A stretch of DNA of 64,000 nucleotides, taken from positions 1,072 through 65,071 of the forward strand of contig CAMPAQ010000013.1 of assembly GCA_946631995.1 (NCBI GenBank), in the 5' to 3' direction. How positions within the stretch are numbered: position 1 is the stretch's first letter; every line of letters begins with the position of its first letter. This DNA comes from an uncultured Bacteroidales bacterium. GTDB lineage: Bacteria > Bacteroidota > Bacteroidia > Bacteroidales > UBA3663. Below the pieces are notes generated by a model, which was not told the DNA's origin, did not search any database, and saw nothing but the letters and a program-made list of their open reading frames with translations. This document shows positions 14,761 to 23,628 of this stretch, in pieces. A program made the translations under genes and the position numbers.

Positions 14761-15297
14761 ATGAAACATATCACTCTAATCCTGTTGCTTTGTCTGTTTT
14801 GCCATTGTTCATTTGCACAAAAGATTACGGGTCGATGGCACTGCACGGCTGAGACCATTTCGCAGTGTCGTCTGGGCTTTCAGGTTGTAAATTGTACTTA
14901 CAAGTTCAAGAAGGACGGAACCATGATAATTAAAATCAAGGGCTATTCTTATGCCGGACAAAAACTCTATTCCGGAGACTACGAGCACCTTTACACTGGC
15001 GGTATGACAATCAAGGGGAGGTATTTTGTCCTGGATGGGAAAATTACGTCCCAAGTCACTAAAGAAGACATAGAGACCTACGCTTCCGATATCCCGAATA
15101 CCACAGAAAGTGACAACACGCCGGCCTATGTCGCTCATGTTGAATACCAAGGTGAGGATCGCTATCGGAGCGTCAAAGAAATGGAGTTGCGCAGACGAGT
15201 TATGGATTATCCATTTCTTTGGGATTGGGACGAAGAGCCATACACCGTGACCGGCAAAGAACTGAAAATCGGAGAGCGGCTTGTCTGCAAACGATGA
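14761..15297 (+). CDS. Small secreted protein, paralogue 2 (unknown family)
   Basis: Signal peptide MKHITLILLLCLFCHCSFAQ. The ends are conserved with paralogue 1 and the middle is divergent. Confidence 0.7.
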   Translation: MKHITLILLLCLFCHCSFAQKITGRWHCTAETISQCRLGFQVVNCTYKFKKDGTMIIKIKGYSYAGQKLYSGDYEHLYTGGMTIKGRYFVLDGKITSQVTKEDIETYASDIPNTTESDNTPAYVAHVEYQGEDRYRSVKEMELRRRVMDYPFLWDWDEEPYTVTGKELKIGERLVCKR

Positions 15298-15385
15298 ATG
15301 ATCGGCCGCCGACCAAAAGGGAAAGGCACCGTCCGTAACCGCTACGAACAGTGCCTTGAATGATATAGATGATGAAAGACAGTCC

Positions 15386-15574
15386 CTACTTGACGTTCAG
15401 GAAGCCGCCGTCGCCGATGCCGACCGTAGTGATGCCGCCTGAGCCGTAGGTGACATCCACGGCATTATCGGCCGATGTGACCCTCATGCTGGTGTATTGC
15501 TGACTATTGGCAATGATGCCCTCCATTTCCATCGCGATGACGACGATGGCGGGTTGATGATATCTCTTTTTCAT
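15386..15574 (-). CDS. Hypothetical 62-aa protein (uncertain)
   Basis: ATG start with host-like GC-rich codon usage: MKKRYHQPAIVVIAMEMEGIIANSQQYTSMRVTSADNAVDVTYGSGGITTVGIGDGGFLNVK. It lies 55 nt downstream of the PL11-like gene on the same strand. No promoter box was seen and no family was recognised. Confidence 0.3.
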   Translation of the reverse strand: MKKRYHQPAIVVIAMEMEGIIANSQQYTSMRVTSADNAVDVTYGSGGITTVGIGDGGFLNVK

Positions 15575-15629
15575 TGTTGCATATTTATTTGATCCGGTTC
15601 CACGGCCTTTCGCTGCCGTGGAATCGGGT

Positions 15630-18600
15630 TCAGTGTTTGATCATGATTTTTCTGTCGCTTGTGATGTAGAGCCCCTTTGTCATAGACGTGACGTGGCGGC
15701 CGGTCAGGTCGTAGATGGCCGATGACGAAGCCGGTGTCCTTGCTACGCGGATTCCAGAGATGACTTCAGCCTCGTCGAACGCCATGCGGAACTGCGCAGC
15801 TCCGGCTGCCTCGCCGTGTACGCGGAAGTAACCACGGAATGCCCGCATCCAGGCGTTGGTGAGCGTCGTCGGATTGTAGAGCGCATTGCCCGCACCCAAC
15901 ACGAGCACCGACCAGACATCGTCCGTGCCATCGCCGTCAATCTCGTGGATGTTGAGCGTCGGGACGAAATCCACGTAGTCGGTCGAGCTCGTCCCGTTGG
16001 CCGTGGCATCGACCGTAACGCCGCAGAACGTCGGATTCTGGACATCGGCCGTTGCCTTGATGAGATAGGGTTTGCCTGCCTCGATGCTTGTGGCCGATGT
16101 GAATTCCAGACCCAGCACCTCGTTTTCGAGCGTCGAACCCGACAGTTCGTAGAGCTGGACGTCTGAGCCGAAGGTCTCGGTCAACTGCGTGGCAGTCACA
16201 TCGAACGGCACAGAGAGGGTGTTCCACTCGGTGTCGATGGTGCGGGCCGAGAGCGTGGCGACGACCGTCTGTCCGTCGAGGGCGGAAAGGGTTGCAGCGA
16301 CATCGACATTGTCGGCCAGAAGCACGGTGTCGAGCGTCTCGAAGGTCACATCGAGCGTCGGATTCTTGACGTAAATGCCGGCACCGTTGGTCGCGTAGAT
16401 GACGATGGTCAGCACGCCGTCATCGTCGGCATTGAAGACGTCGGCGAGGTCCCACGTAGCGGTCTCGAACACGGTTGACGACTTTGTCGTGGTGGTGTAG
16501 GTGCTGCCGATGGTGGTGATTGAACGGTCGGCCGAATTGTAGGTCATGGCCGACGACCACGTGCTGCTGTTGTAGCCGATGCCGCACTCGCCGACGCGCT
16601 TGCTGTCGGTCGAACCCGAGACGTTGAGGCCAAGCACCATCGAGCTGACGGATGTGTGGTTCTTGTAGGCCGAGGCATCGACCTGAAGATAGGCCACGTA
16701 GTTCACGCCCCAGCTGGCATTGAACAATCCGACTGTGCTGCCCGAAATCTTGTTGCAGCCCGTGCGCGCCACCTCGACTTCGCCATAGGCGGTTGCGGCG
16801 TCATCGTAGTTCACGTAGGTGAGGTGGAGCGACGATGCCGGGCAATAGCTCCATTGGGCATAGAGCGTCACGGTGGCATCGGCCACATCGGTCAGGTTGC
16901 AGACGTCGGCGCAGTCGGCGAACGATGTGCCTGAACCGTCGGCCGCAGTGTTCCAGCCCGCGAAGGCGTAGTTCGCGAGGGTGAAGGCGTTGGCCATGAG
17001 CGACTGCGTCTCGTCCATCGAGATGGTCTGGCTCGCCATCGTGCCGGTGCCGCCGTTGGCATCGAACGCAACGACGTATTGCGACGGTTCGCTGTAGGTC
17101 ATGCTGAGTGTCGGGTTGGTCGCGTAGCCGCCCGCAGCCTGCGTCTCGTAGATGAGCAGGGTGAGCACGCCGTCGGCATCGGCACGGAATGCGTCGGTGA
17201 TGTCCCACGTCAGGGTGTTGAAACTTGTGGACGATGTCGATGCGCTCCACTGCACGCTGCCGATGGTGGTGATTGAGCGGTCGGCCGTGTCGTAGGTCAT
17301 GTCCGACGACCAAGTGCTGCTGTTGTAGCCGATGCCCCAGCACGTAGTTCGATTGTTGTCGGTCGAGCCTGAAACGTCGATGCTGAACTGCACCGTGGCG
17401 AGGTTGCCGACCTGCTTCAACGCGCTGGCATCGACCTGCACATATCCGATGTAGTTCACGCCCCAGTTGGCATTGGCAAAAGCCACGCTGCCGGACGAAA
17501 TCTTGTTGAAGCCCACTTTGATTGTCGCCTGTTCGCCGGCTGCGGTGCTTGGATTGTTGTAATCGACGTTCGTCATCCGAATGGCGGTTGTCGGCGTGCT
17601 GCTCACCACGGGAATGGTGATGTGCGCCTTCTCGACGGTGAAGAAAATGGTCACTTCGTCGGTCTCGGCGAATGTGGCCGATGTGAAGTTGTAGCTATAG
17701 ACGCGGCCCGACGTCGAGGTGATGGTGGCCGACATCGCGATTGATGTGCCGTCGAAGTTGAGCGTCATATCGACGTCGGCGCCCAGGCTCATGTCATAGC
17801 GGAAGTTGCTCCACGTCACGTCCGACCCATCGGAAATGGTCAGTGTCGGACTCGCGTAGCTGTCGCCCCAGCCGTAGTTGTCGGCGCGCAGCACGAAATA
17901 TTCCGCGTAGTCGCTGCGGTCGGCGACGGAGTGGCCTGAGCCATTGGCCGCAACCAGAAGCCAGTTGTAGTAGTTCTGGGCGGTGGAGCCCCAGTTGGTG
18001 AACTGCACATTGTAGGTGAAGCCCTTCTGCAACGTGTAGCTGTCGGAGAAGGCGGTCCACCATGTCGAGCTGTTGTCGGTCGCGCCGATGTAGTCCTGCG
18101 CCGAATCATAGACCGTCAGATAGAGCATTCCGCCCTCGCGCACCAGCTTTGCGTTGCATCCGTCGGCCACGTCGCATTCGATCACGATGTCCGACAGGTC
18201 GCCGCTCACGCCGTAGAGCGTTCCGATGGGATATTGGCCGGAGGCGAGGCTCGCTGTCGAGTTGACCTGCAGCACCGGAGCGAGGTAGGTCGGGCCGTAT
18301 TCCCAATCCTGCGAGCGGATGATGAGCCGCTTCATGTTCAACGCATCGCTCTGGCCGCCGCTGGCATCGACGTCGAACACTACGCGGGCGCCTTCGTGCA
18401 GTTCAAGCGTATCGATGGTCGCCGTGACATATTCCGTCGTGCCGTCGGCATAGCTGTAGTTAATGTTGAGCGTCGAACCGTACTCCATCGTCACCTTGCG
18501 GCCGAAAGTGCCTGCGGTGTAGAGCGCGGTGTGGCGGTTCATCCACAACGGGCTGTTGGCCAACGTGCCACGGAAGAAGAGCGAGCCGCCCCACACGTCG

Positions 18601-20936
18601 GTCGCGCCGGTGTAGGTGAAGGTGCGCGCCGTGAGTTTCAGCAAGCCGTCGCCCTGCTTCACGAGGTGCATCGCACCGGTGAGGTCGCCCTTGTAGTCGG
18701 TTCCACTGATTGTGGCACCGAGCTGCGTCTGCTGGTAGCTGTAGCCGATGTTGTCATTGTCGTTGTTGCCCGACACGACCGATGCCACATTCACCACAAG
18801 CAGTTTGGGCGATGCTCCATCGGCCGCAATGCCGTAGCTGCCCGCGTCGCAGATCATCACCTGGCTGTTGTTGTGTGCCGACGAAACGATGCCGTTGGCC
18901 GCGAGCTCGGTGCGGCCGCTGTTGGTGAGCGGCGGTGGTGCCACGGTGATGCCCTCCAGTTCACCCAAGAAGTAGCTCACGTGGGCCGGCTGGTTGTAGC
19001 CCTCGCTCTGCCATACCATGGCCTGACGGTACTGATGGTCGAACCAGAGCGACGGTATGCGGTGCGTGGTCGGGACGACTGTGGTGTAGATGCGGAACGA
19101 ATTGTTGTCGCTGCAACGGGCCACGACCTCCTCGCGCCAGTCGCCCACGATGTCGCCGGCCGCGCAAGGCTGGTTCTTCGTGTAGTTGATCATGGTGCAG
19201 CCGCTGCCCGTGAAGAGTCGGCCGTATTCGGGACTGTAGATGGCCGGCGCGCCTTCGGTGCCCGGACTGTCGAGCACCTCTTCAAGCAGGTCGCCGTCCC
19301 AATAGATGCGGAAATTCAGGTGGCTCCAATAGAGCGCATCGCCCGTGCCCGATGTTGACGGACCGCCGGAGATGGCATCGCCCGTCACGGTCGATATGAG
19401 TCCGCTGCCGACCGAACGACCCAGACAGCCCGGGATGCTGCTCGAGAAATTGCCGGCCAGACATCGGCCGTCGTCATCGCTGCCCGTGTCGCGATGGTAA
19501 ATCTCGCAGGTCGTGGCGTTGCGGTAGTTGTTGGACGGATTATCCTCGTTGCAGGCGAAGGTCTCCAGTCCCTTGCGGTATGGGTCGAGGTCGCCGGTGT
19601 GAGAGGCGTCGCCGTGGCCGAGGCCGGTGGTTGACAGGCCCTTGCCGTTGTCGTCGATCACCATCGAACCGTAGATGATTTCGTCGCGGCCGTCTTCGTC
19701 AACGTCGCCGATGCTGAAGTTGTGGTTGCCGTTGCCGTACCACGCACTTGACGCATCGTTGCACGACCATGTCCATCGCGTAGTGAGCGCGTGCGTGGTG
19801 GGATTCACGTCGAGGGCAATCATCTTGTGGCGCGTGTAGATGCCGCGGCCCAGATAGATGCTCGGAGTGCGGCCGTCCAGATAGGGTGCTCCCATGAAGT
19901 ATTTGCTCGAACGATGGCCATAGTTGTCGCCCCATGCGGTCTTGACTGCGGCCAGATAGTTCGACACGGCCGTCTCGTCGGGGTTTGACCAGTCGATTGC
20001 AGTGCTGAACTCGCTCGTTTCCAGACGCTTCAGCGGGTAGTCCATCGTGACGTAGGGCGCTCCCGTCAGGCCATCCATATAGACCAGATATTCGTTGCCA
20101 CAGTTGGTGAATGTCAAGTTGGCTGAGTGACTTACGCGGTTGCGGATGTTCTCGCCCGTCGAGCCGATGGTCACGGTCGAGCCGTCGGCCTTGTGGATCA
20201 CCGTGTTGGCATAGGCGCGGTAGAGCACTTCGCATCGGCCGTCCTGATCCCAGTCGAAGGCGACGGCGTCCCACTGTTCGTCGGAGCCATAGACGGTGTT
20301 CGGGCCGCAGTCGATCCACCACAGCAGGCCGTAGCTGATGCTCGACGCATAGACCTCGATGTGGCAAAATGCGGTCGTGTTGTCGGTCGGAAAAAGGTTG
20401 TCCTGATCGGTCTGGTTCTTGCGCTTCACAATGAAGTCGATCTTGCCGTCGCCGTCCACGTCGCCCAACGAGATGTCGTTGATGGTGTAGTTCTGCGCGA
20501 CACTCTCGCTGACGGTGTGGTTGCCGCACGCACAATAGATCAGCGCGCCGTTGCGGTCATAGACATCGGACACGGCAATGGACTTGTAGCGGTTGCCGTT
20601 GCCGTCGGCATCGCTCCAAACACTCACGGCGTTGCAGGCCGACTGCTCGACGCCATCGACCACGGCGCGCACGGTGTAGGTGCTGGCCGATGAACCTGAC
20701 GCGTCGGCAAAATTCGACACCGAAAGCGGCTCGCTGTTGACGAGTGTGCCGTCACGGTAAAGGTTGTAGGTCACATCATAGTACTCGTCGGGCAGGATGC
20801 GCCACGACGCAAAGACTCCCGAACTGGTGGAAACAGCCACGAGGCCGCGATCCAGCGGATCCGTATGACGTTGAGCCATGACGCTGGAGCCCACACAGAG
20901 GAAAAGGGCAATCGGAATAGATACGCTTGCTTTCAT
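15630..20936 (-). CDS. Multidomain rhamnogalacturonan-lyase-like (PL11-like) T9SS cargo protein, 1768 aa
   Basis: - Signal peptide.
- The N-terminus ..DPLDRGLVAVSTSSGVFASWRILPDEYYDVTYNLYRDG.., with Ca-binding FG-GAP-like loops GDVDGDGKIDFIV and GDVDEDGRDEIIYGS, is typical of YesW-type PL11 propellers.
- aa 1287-1363, YVVAFDANGGTGTM..FAGWNTAADGSGTSF..VTLYAQW, is a Listeria-Bacteroides repeat.
- The C-terminus ..SAIYDLTGRHVTSMTKGLYITSDRKIMIKH is a T9SS C-terminal sorting domain. Confidence 0.75.
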   Translation of the reverse strand: MKASVSIPIALFLCVGSSVMAQRHTDPLDRGLVAVSTSSGVFASWRILPDEYYDVTYNLYRDGTLVNSEPLSVSNFADASGSSASTYTVRAVVDGVEQSACNAVSVWSDADGNGNRYKSIAVSDVYDRNGALIYCACGNHTVSESVAQNYTINDISLGDVDGDGKIDFIVKRKNQTDQDNLFPTDNTTAFCHIEVYASSISYGLLWWIDCGPNTVYGSDEQWDAVAFDWDQDGRCEVLYRAYANTVIHKADGSTVTIGSTGENIRNRVSHSANLTFTNCGNEYLVYMDGLTGAPYVTMDYPLKRLETSEFSTAIDWSNPDETAVSNYLAAVKTAWGDNYGHRSSKYFMGAPYLDGRTPSIYLGRGIYTRHKMIALDVNPTTHALTTRWTWSCNDASSAWYGNGNHNFSIGDVDEDGRDEIIYGSMVIDDNGKGLSTTGLGHGDASHTGDLDPYRKGLETFACNEDNPSNNYRNATTCEIYHRDTGSDDDGRCLAGNFSSSIPGCLGRSVGSGLISTVTGDAISGGPSTSGTGDALYWSHLNFRIYWDGDLLEEVLDSPGTEGAPAIYSPEYGRLFTGSGCTMINYTKNQPCAAGDIVGDWREEVVARCSDNNSFRIYTTVVPTTHRIPSLWFDHQYRQAMVWQSEGYNQPAHVSYFLGELEGITVAPPPLTNSGRTELAANGIVSSAHNNSQVMICDAGSYGIAADGASPKLLVVNVASVVSGNNDNDNIGYSYQQTQLGATISGTDYKGDLTGAMHLVKQGDGLLKLTARTFTYTGATDVWGGSLFFRGTLANSPLWMNRHTALYTAGTFGRKVTMEYGSTLNINYSYADGTTEYVTATIDTLELHEGARVVFDVDASGGQSDALNMKRLIIRSQDWEYGPTYLAPVLQVNSTASLASGQYPIGTLYGVSGDLSDIVIECDVADGCNAKLVREGGMLYLTVYDSAQDYIGATDNSSTWWTAFSDSYTLQKGFTYNVQFTNWGSTAQNYYNWLLVAANGSGHSVADRSDYAEYFVLRADNYGWGDSYASPTLTISDGSDVTWSNFRYDMSLGADVDMTLNFDGTSIAMSATITSTSGRVYSYNFTSATFAETDEVTIFFTVEKAHITIPVVSSTPTTAIRMTNVDYNNPSTAAGEQATIKVGFNKISSGSVAFANANWGVNYIGYVQVDASALKQVGNLATVQFSIDVSGSTDNNRTTCWGIGYNSSTWSSDMTYDTADRSITTIGSVQWSASTSSTSFNTLTWDITDAFRADADGVLTLLIYETQAAGGYATNPTLSMTYSEPSQYVVAFDANGGTGTMASQTISMDETQSLMANAFTLANYAFAGWNTAADGSGTSFADCADVCNLTDVADATVTLYAQWSYCPASSLHLTYVNYDDAATAYGEVEVARTGCNKISGSTVGLFNASWGVNYVAYLQVDASAYKNHTSVSSMVLGLNVSGSTDSKRVGECGIGYNSSTWSSAMTYNSADRSITTIGSTYTTTTKSSTVFETATWDLADVFNADDDGVLTIVIYATNGAGIYVKNPTLDVTFETLDTVLLADNVDVAATLSALDGQTVVATLSARTIDTEWNTLSVPFDVTATQLTETFGSDVQLYELSGSTLENEVLGLEFTSATSIEAGKPYLIKATADVQNPTFCGVTVDATANGTSSTDYVDFVPTLNIHEIDGDGTDDVWSVLVLGAGNALYNPTTLTNAWMRAFRGYFRVHGEAAGAAQFRMAFDEAEVISGIRVARTPASSSAIYDLTGRHVTSMTKGLYITSDRKIMIKH
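16338..16832 (-). repeat. Internal protein repeat, copy 2 (aa ~1369-1533) of the PL11-like protein
   Basis: ..YVNYDDAATAYGEVEVARTGCNKISGSTVGLFNASWGVNYVAYLQVDASAYK..GIGYNSSTWSSAMTYNSADRSITTIGS..DDDGVLTIVIY.. parallels copy 1. Confidence 0.8.
17091..17582 (-). repeat. Internal protein repeat, copy 1 (aa ~1119-1282)
   Basis: ..NVDYNNPSTAAGEQATIKVGFNKISSGSVAFANANWGVNYIGYVQVDASALK..GIGYNSSTWSSDMTYDTADRSITTIGS..DADGVLTLLIY.. Confidence 0.8.
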
Positions 20937-21031
20937 GTTGTATTAAAATAAGTAAATAAATTGTATTTTTCAAAACAATCTTCGAGACACAATTCGGTAT
21001 CGAATAAGGCTTTAGTTTTACAAAACGGCGG

Positions 21032-21039
21032 CAAAGATA
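21032..21039 (-). promoter_or_regulatory. -7 promoter box TATCTTTG (minus strand) for the PL11-like gene
   Basis: The plus strand reads caaagata, about 95 nt upstream of the ATG at 20936. Confidence 0.45.
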
Positions 21040-21300
21040 GCGAAAAAAGCCAATCCACAACCACTTATGCAAGGCATCGCGCCCCGATTCGAGCCATTTT
21101 GCCGCCATCTGGGCTTGAAAAGCAACGGCCACTTTGCAATTTTCACTACGCGAGTATCTTATTGTATTTTATACAACAATTCACATCAGTCGGCATCAGG
21201 CAATCGGCAGACATGGTTTTGCCGCCGTCGGACATCGGCCGAAAAAAAATCGGCGCACACATTTCTGAACCGCTGCGAACGATATCTCGAAAACTTTCCG

Positions 21301-21308
21301 TATCTTTG
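21301..21308 (+). promoter_or_regulatory. -7 promoter box TATCTTTG
   Basis: Exact TAnnTTTG, 45 nt upstream of the ATG at 21353. Confidence 0.5.
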
Positions 21309-21352
21309 CCCCTCAGTTTGAAATTAAGTTTAACCCACAATCTATAAAAATC

Positions 21353-23083
21353 ATGGACGAACAGCTTATCAAAGAATGTACAGCCAAGGCTCAGGTCTGG
21401 CTGGGCGACGGTTTCGATGCAGAAACCAAGGCAGAAGTGAAGGCCATGCTCGATGCAGCCGACAAGACCGCCCTCATCGACGCCTTCTATCAGAATCTGG
21501 AATTCGGCACCGGCGGCTTGCGCGGCATCATGGGCGCAGGCACCAACCGCATGAACAAATACGTGGTCGGAATGGCCACACAGGGCTTTGCCAACTACAT
21601 CAACAAGGCATTCCCTGGCCAGCAGCCGGCCGTAGTCGTCGGCCACGACTGCCGCAACAACGGCCGTATGTTCGCCGAGACCGTTGCAGCCATCTTCTCG
21701 GCCAATGGCATCCGCGTCTATCTCTTCGAAAGTCTGCGTCCGACGCCGGAAATCTCGTTCGCCATCCGCCACCTCAAGGCTCAGGCAGGCGTCAACGTCA
21801 CCGCATCGCACAACCCGAAGGAATACAACGGCTACAAGGCATACTGGGACGACGGCGCACAGGTGCTCGCCCCACACGACACCGGCATCATCGAAGAGGT
21901 CAACAAGGTGACCATCGACCAGGTGAAGTTCACGCCGAACTACGACCTCATCGAAATCATCGGCGGCGAAATGGACTGGGACTACCTCCAGGCTGTCAAG
22001 GAGGCCATGGTCGATCAGGACGTCATCCTGCGCCACAAAGACCTCAACATCGTCTATTCGCCACTGCACGGCACCGGCCGCGTCATCATCCCCGAGGCAC
22101 TGCGCTCATGGGGCTTCCAGAATATCCACGTAGTGCGCGAGCAGATGGTCATCGACGGCAACTTCCCGACTGTCGTATCGCCCAACCCGGAGAACAGCGA
22201 GGCTATGACCCTCGGCATGAAGCTGGGCGACAAAGTCAAGGCCGACCTCGTCATCGCCAGCGACCCGGATGCTGACCGTCTCGCCATCGTCTGCCGCGAC
22301 AACACAGGCAAGTGGATGATCCTGAACGGCAACCAGACCGCCATGATGTTCTACTGGTACATCATCACCAACAAGAAGAAGCTCGGTCAGCTGAAGGGCA
22401 ACGAGTTCATGGTCAAGACCATCGTCACCAGCGAGCTCATCGCCAAGATTGCCAAGAAGAACAACGTCGAAATCACCGACGAATACACCGGCTTCAAGTG
22501 GATTGCCTACCGCATCCGCGTGAACGAGGGCAAGAAGAAGTACATCGGCGGCGGCGAAGAGTCGTTCGGCTTCCTGCCATTCGACAAGGTGCGCGACAAG
22601 GATTCTCCAGCCTCAATCTGCCTCATCTGCGAGATTGCAGCATGGGCCAAGGACAACGGCATGACGCTGTTCGACCTCCTGCTCGACATCTACAAGAACT
22701 ACGGCTTCCAGAAGGAAAAGGCCGTCAGCGTAGTGAAGCCAGGCAAGAGCGGCGCCGACGAAATCAAGGCCATGATGGAGAACTTCCGCAAGAATCCGCC
22801 TACAGAACTGGCCGGCGAGAAGGTCGTCCTCTCGAAGGACTTCAAGACCCTCAAGCAGACCGACGCCAGCGGCAAGCAGACCGACATCGAGATGCCAGCC
22901 ACCTCGAACGTGCTCCAGTGGTTCACCGAGGGCGGCATCAAGGTGAGCGTCCGTCCTTCGGGCACCGAGCCGAAAATCAAGTTCTACTGCGAGGTTCCCG
23001 CCCCATTCGACGGCGACTATGACAAGGCCGGCGCATTGGCCGACGAGAAGCTGAAGCTCATCTGCGCTTCGCTTGGCATCTGA
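21353..23083 (+). CDS. Phospho-sugar mutase (phosphoglucomutase/phosphomannomutase family)
   Basis: FGTGGLRGIMGAGTNRMN, the active-site loop TASHNPKEYNGYK, and DPDADRL (metal-binding loop). 576 aa. Confidence 0.9.
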   Translation: MDEQLIKECTAKAQVWLGDGFDAETKAEVKAMLDAADKTALIDAFYQNLEFGTGGLRGIMGAGTNRMNKYVVGMATQGFANYINKAFPGQQPAVVVGHDCRNNGRMFAETVAAIFSANGIRVYLFESLRPTPEISFAIRHLKAQAGVNVTASHNPKEYNGYKAYWDDGAQVLAPHDTGIIEEVNKVTIDQVKFTPNYDLIEIIGGEMDWDYLQAVKEAMVDQDVILRHKDLNIVYSPLHGTGRVIIPEALRSWGFQNIHVVREQMVIDGNFPTVVSPNPENSEAMTLGMKLGDKVKADLVIASDPDADRLAIVCRDNTGKWMILNGNQTAMMFYWYIITNKKKLGQLKGNEFMVKTIVTSELIAKIAKKNNVEITDEYTGFKWIAYRIRVNEGKKKYIGGGEESFGFLPFDKVRDKDSPASICLICEIAAWAKDNGMTLFDLLLDIYKNYGFQKEKAVSVVKPGKSGADEIKAMMENFRKNPPTELAGEKVVLSKDFKTLKQTDASGKQTDIEMPATSNVLQWFTEGGIKVSVRPSGTEPKIKFYCEVPAPFDGDYDKAGALADEKLKLICASLGI

Positions 23084-23149
23084 TTAAATCGACATTAAAA
23101 AATAAGTTAAATAGAGGAAATTCACTTCTGTTTAATCCAACTATTTCGG

Positions 23150-23179
23150 AGCGGTTCGTCGTGAGGCGAGCCGCTTTTT
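23150..23179 (+). terminator. Rho-independent terminator
   Basis: agcggttcg-tcgtgagg-cgagccgct followed by tttta. Confidence 0.6.
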
Positions 23180-23407
23180 ATTAACTGCCTATTTTCTAAG
23201 GATTAGCCACGGGCAATACTCTTTTCCTTCAAATTTTGCACTCAAAAACTGCACTTTTCCATTTTTTTAGGCGCGAAACAATAAAAAACGGACAATAAGA
23301 CATTGGACAAACATTTTTCAGCCCGATTTCACAAAAATTTCTGAAGGGCATAAAGACGCTGGCAAATTCCTTCCCAGTGGGCATCAATTTTTAAGCAAGT
23401 CAATTTA

Positions 23408-23444
23408 CCTTCCGACGGACTTTCGGGTTTGTCGGAAGTTTTTT
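23408..23444 (+). terminator. Orphan terminator-like hairpin plus T6 (no annotated gene upstream)
   Basis: ccttccgac-ggactttcgggttt-gtcggaag followed by tttttt. Confidence 0.5.
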
Positions 23445-23530
23445 GATATACCGACCGGCCATTGGCAGCTGTTTTGCAAATTTATAAGCAAAAAATACAA
23501 TCCGCGACTCCACCCGAGCCCTTATTGAGT

Positions 23531-23538
23531 TAACTTTG
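23531..23538 (+). promoter_or_regulatory. -7 promoter box TAACTTTG
   Basis: Exact TAnnTTTG, 91 nt upstream of the ATG at 23629. Confidence 0.45.
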
Positions 23539-23628
23539 CAGCCGCTCGACGGGGACGGGTCGGAAAATCGGCCGTAAAAAGCCCCGAAAGTGCGCTAAAA
23601 AACTACACAAAATCCACATTATTCCACC

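Noticed and set aside
12485-15300. Interpretation of the low-GC islet as an integrative mobile element
   Set aside because: I could find no integrase, transposase, tRNA target or flanking direct repeats in or next to the islet. I report it only as compositionally atypical DNA.
20961-21347. ORFs 20961-21347 and 21067-21321 (+) in the divergent promoter region between the PL11-like and phospho-sugar mutase genes
   Set aside because: They span two opposing promoter boxes (21032-21039 and 21301-21308), have alternative starts and AT-rich, Ser/Leu/Ile/Lys-rich composition, and contain no motifs.
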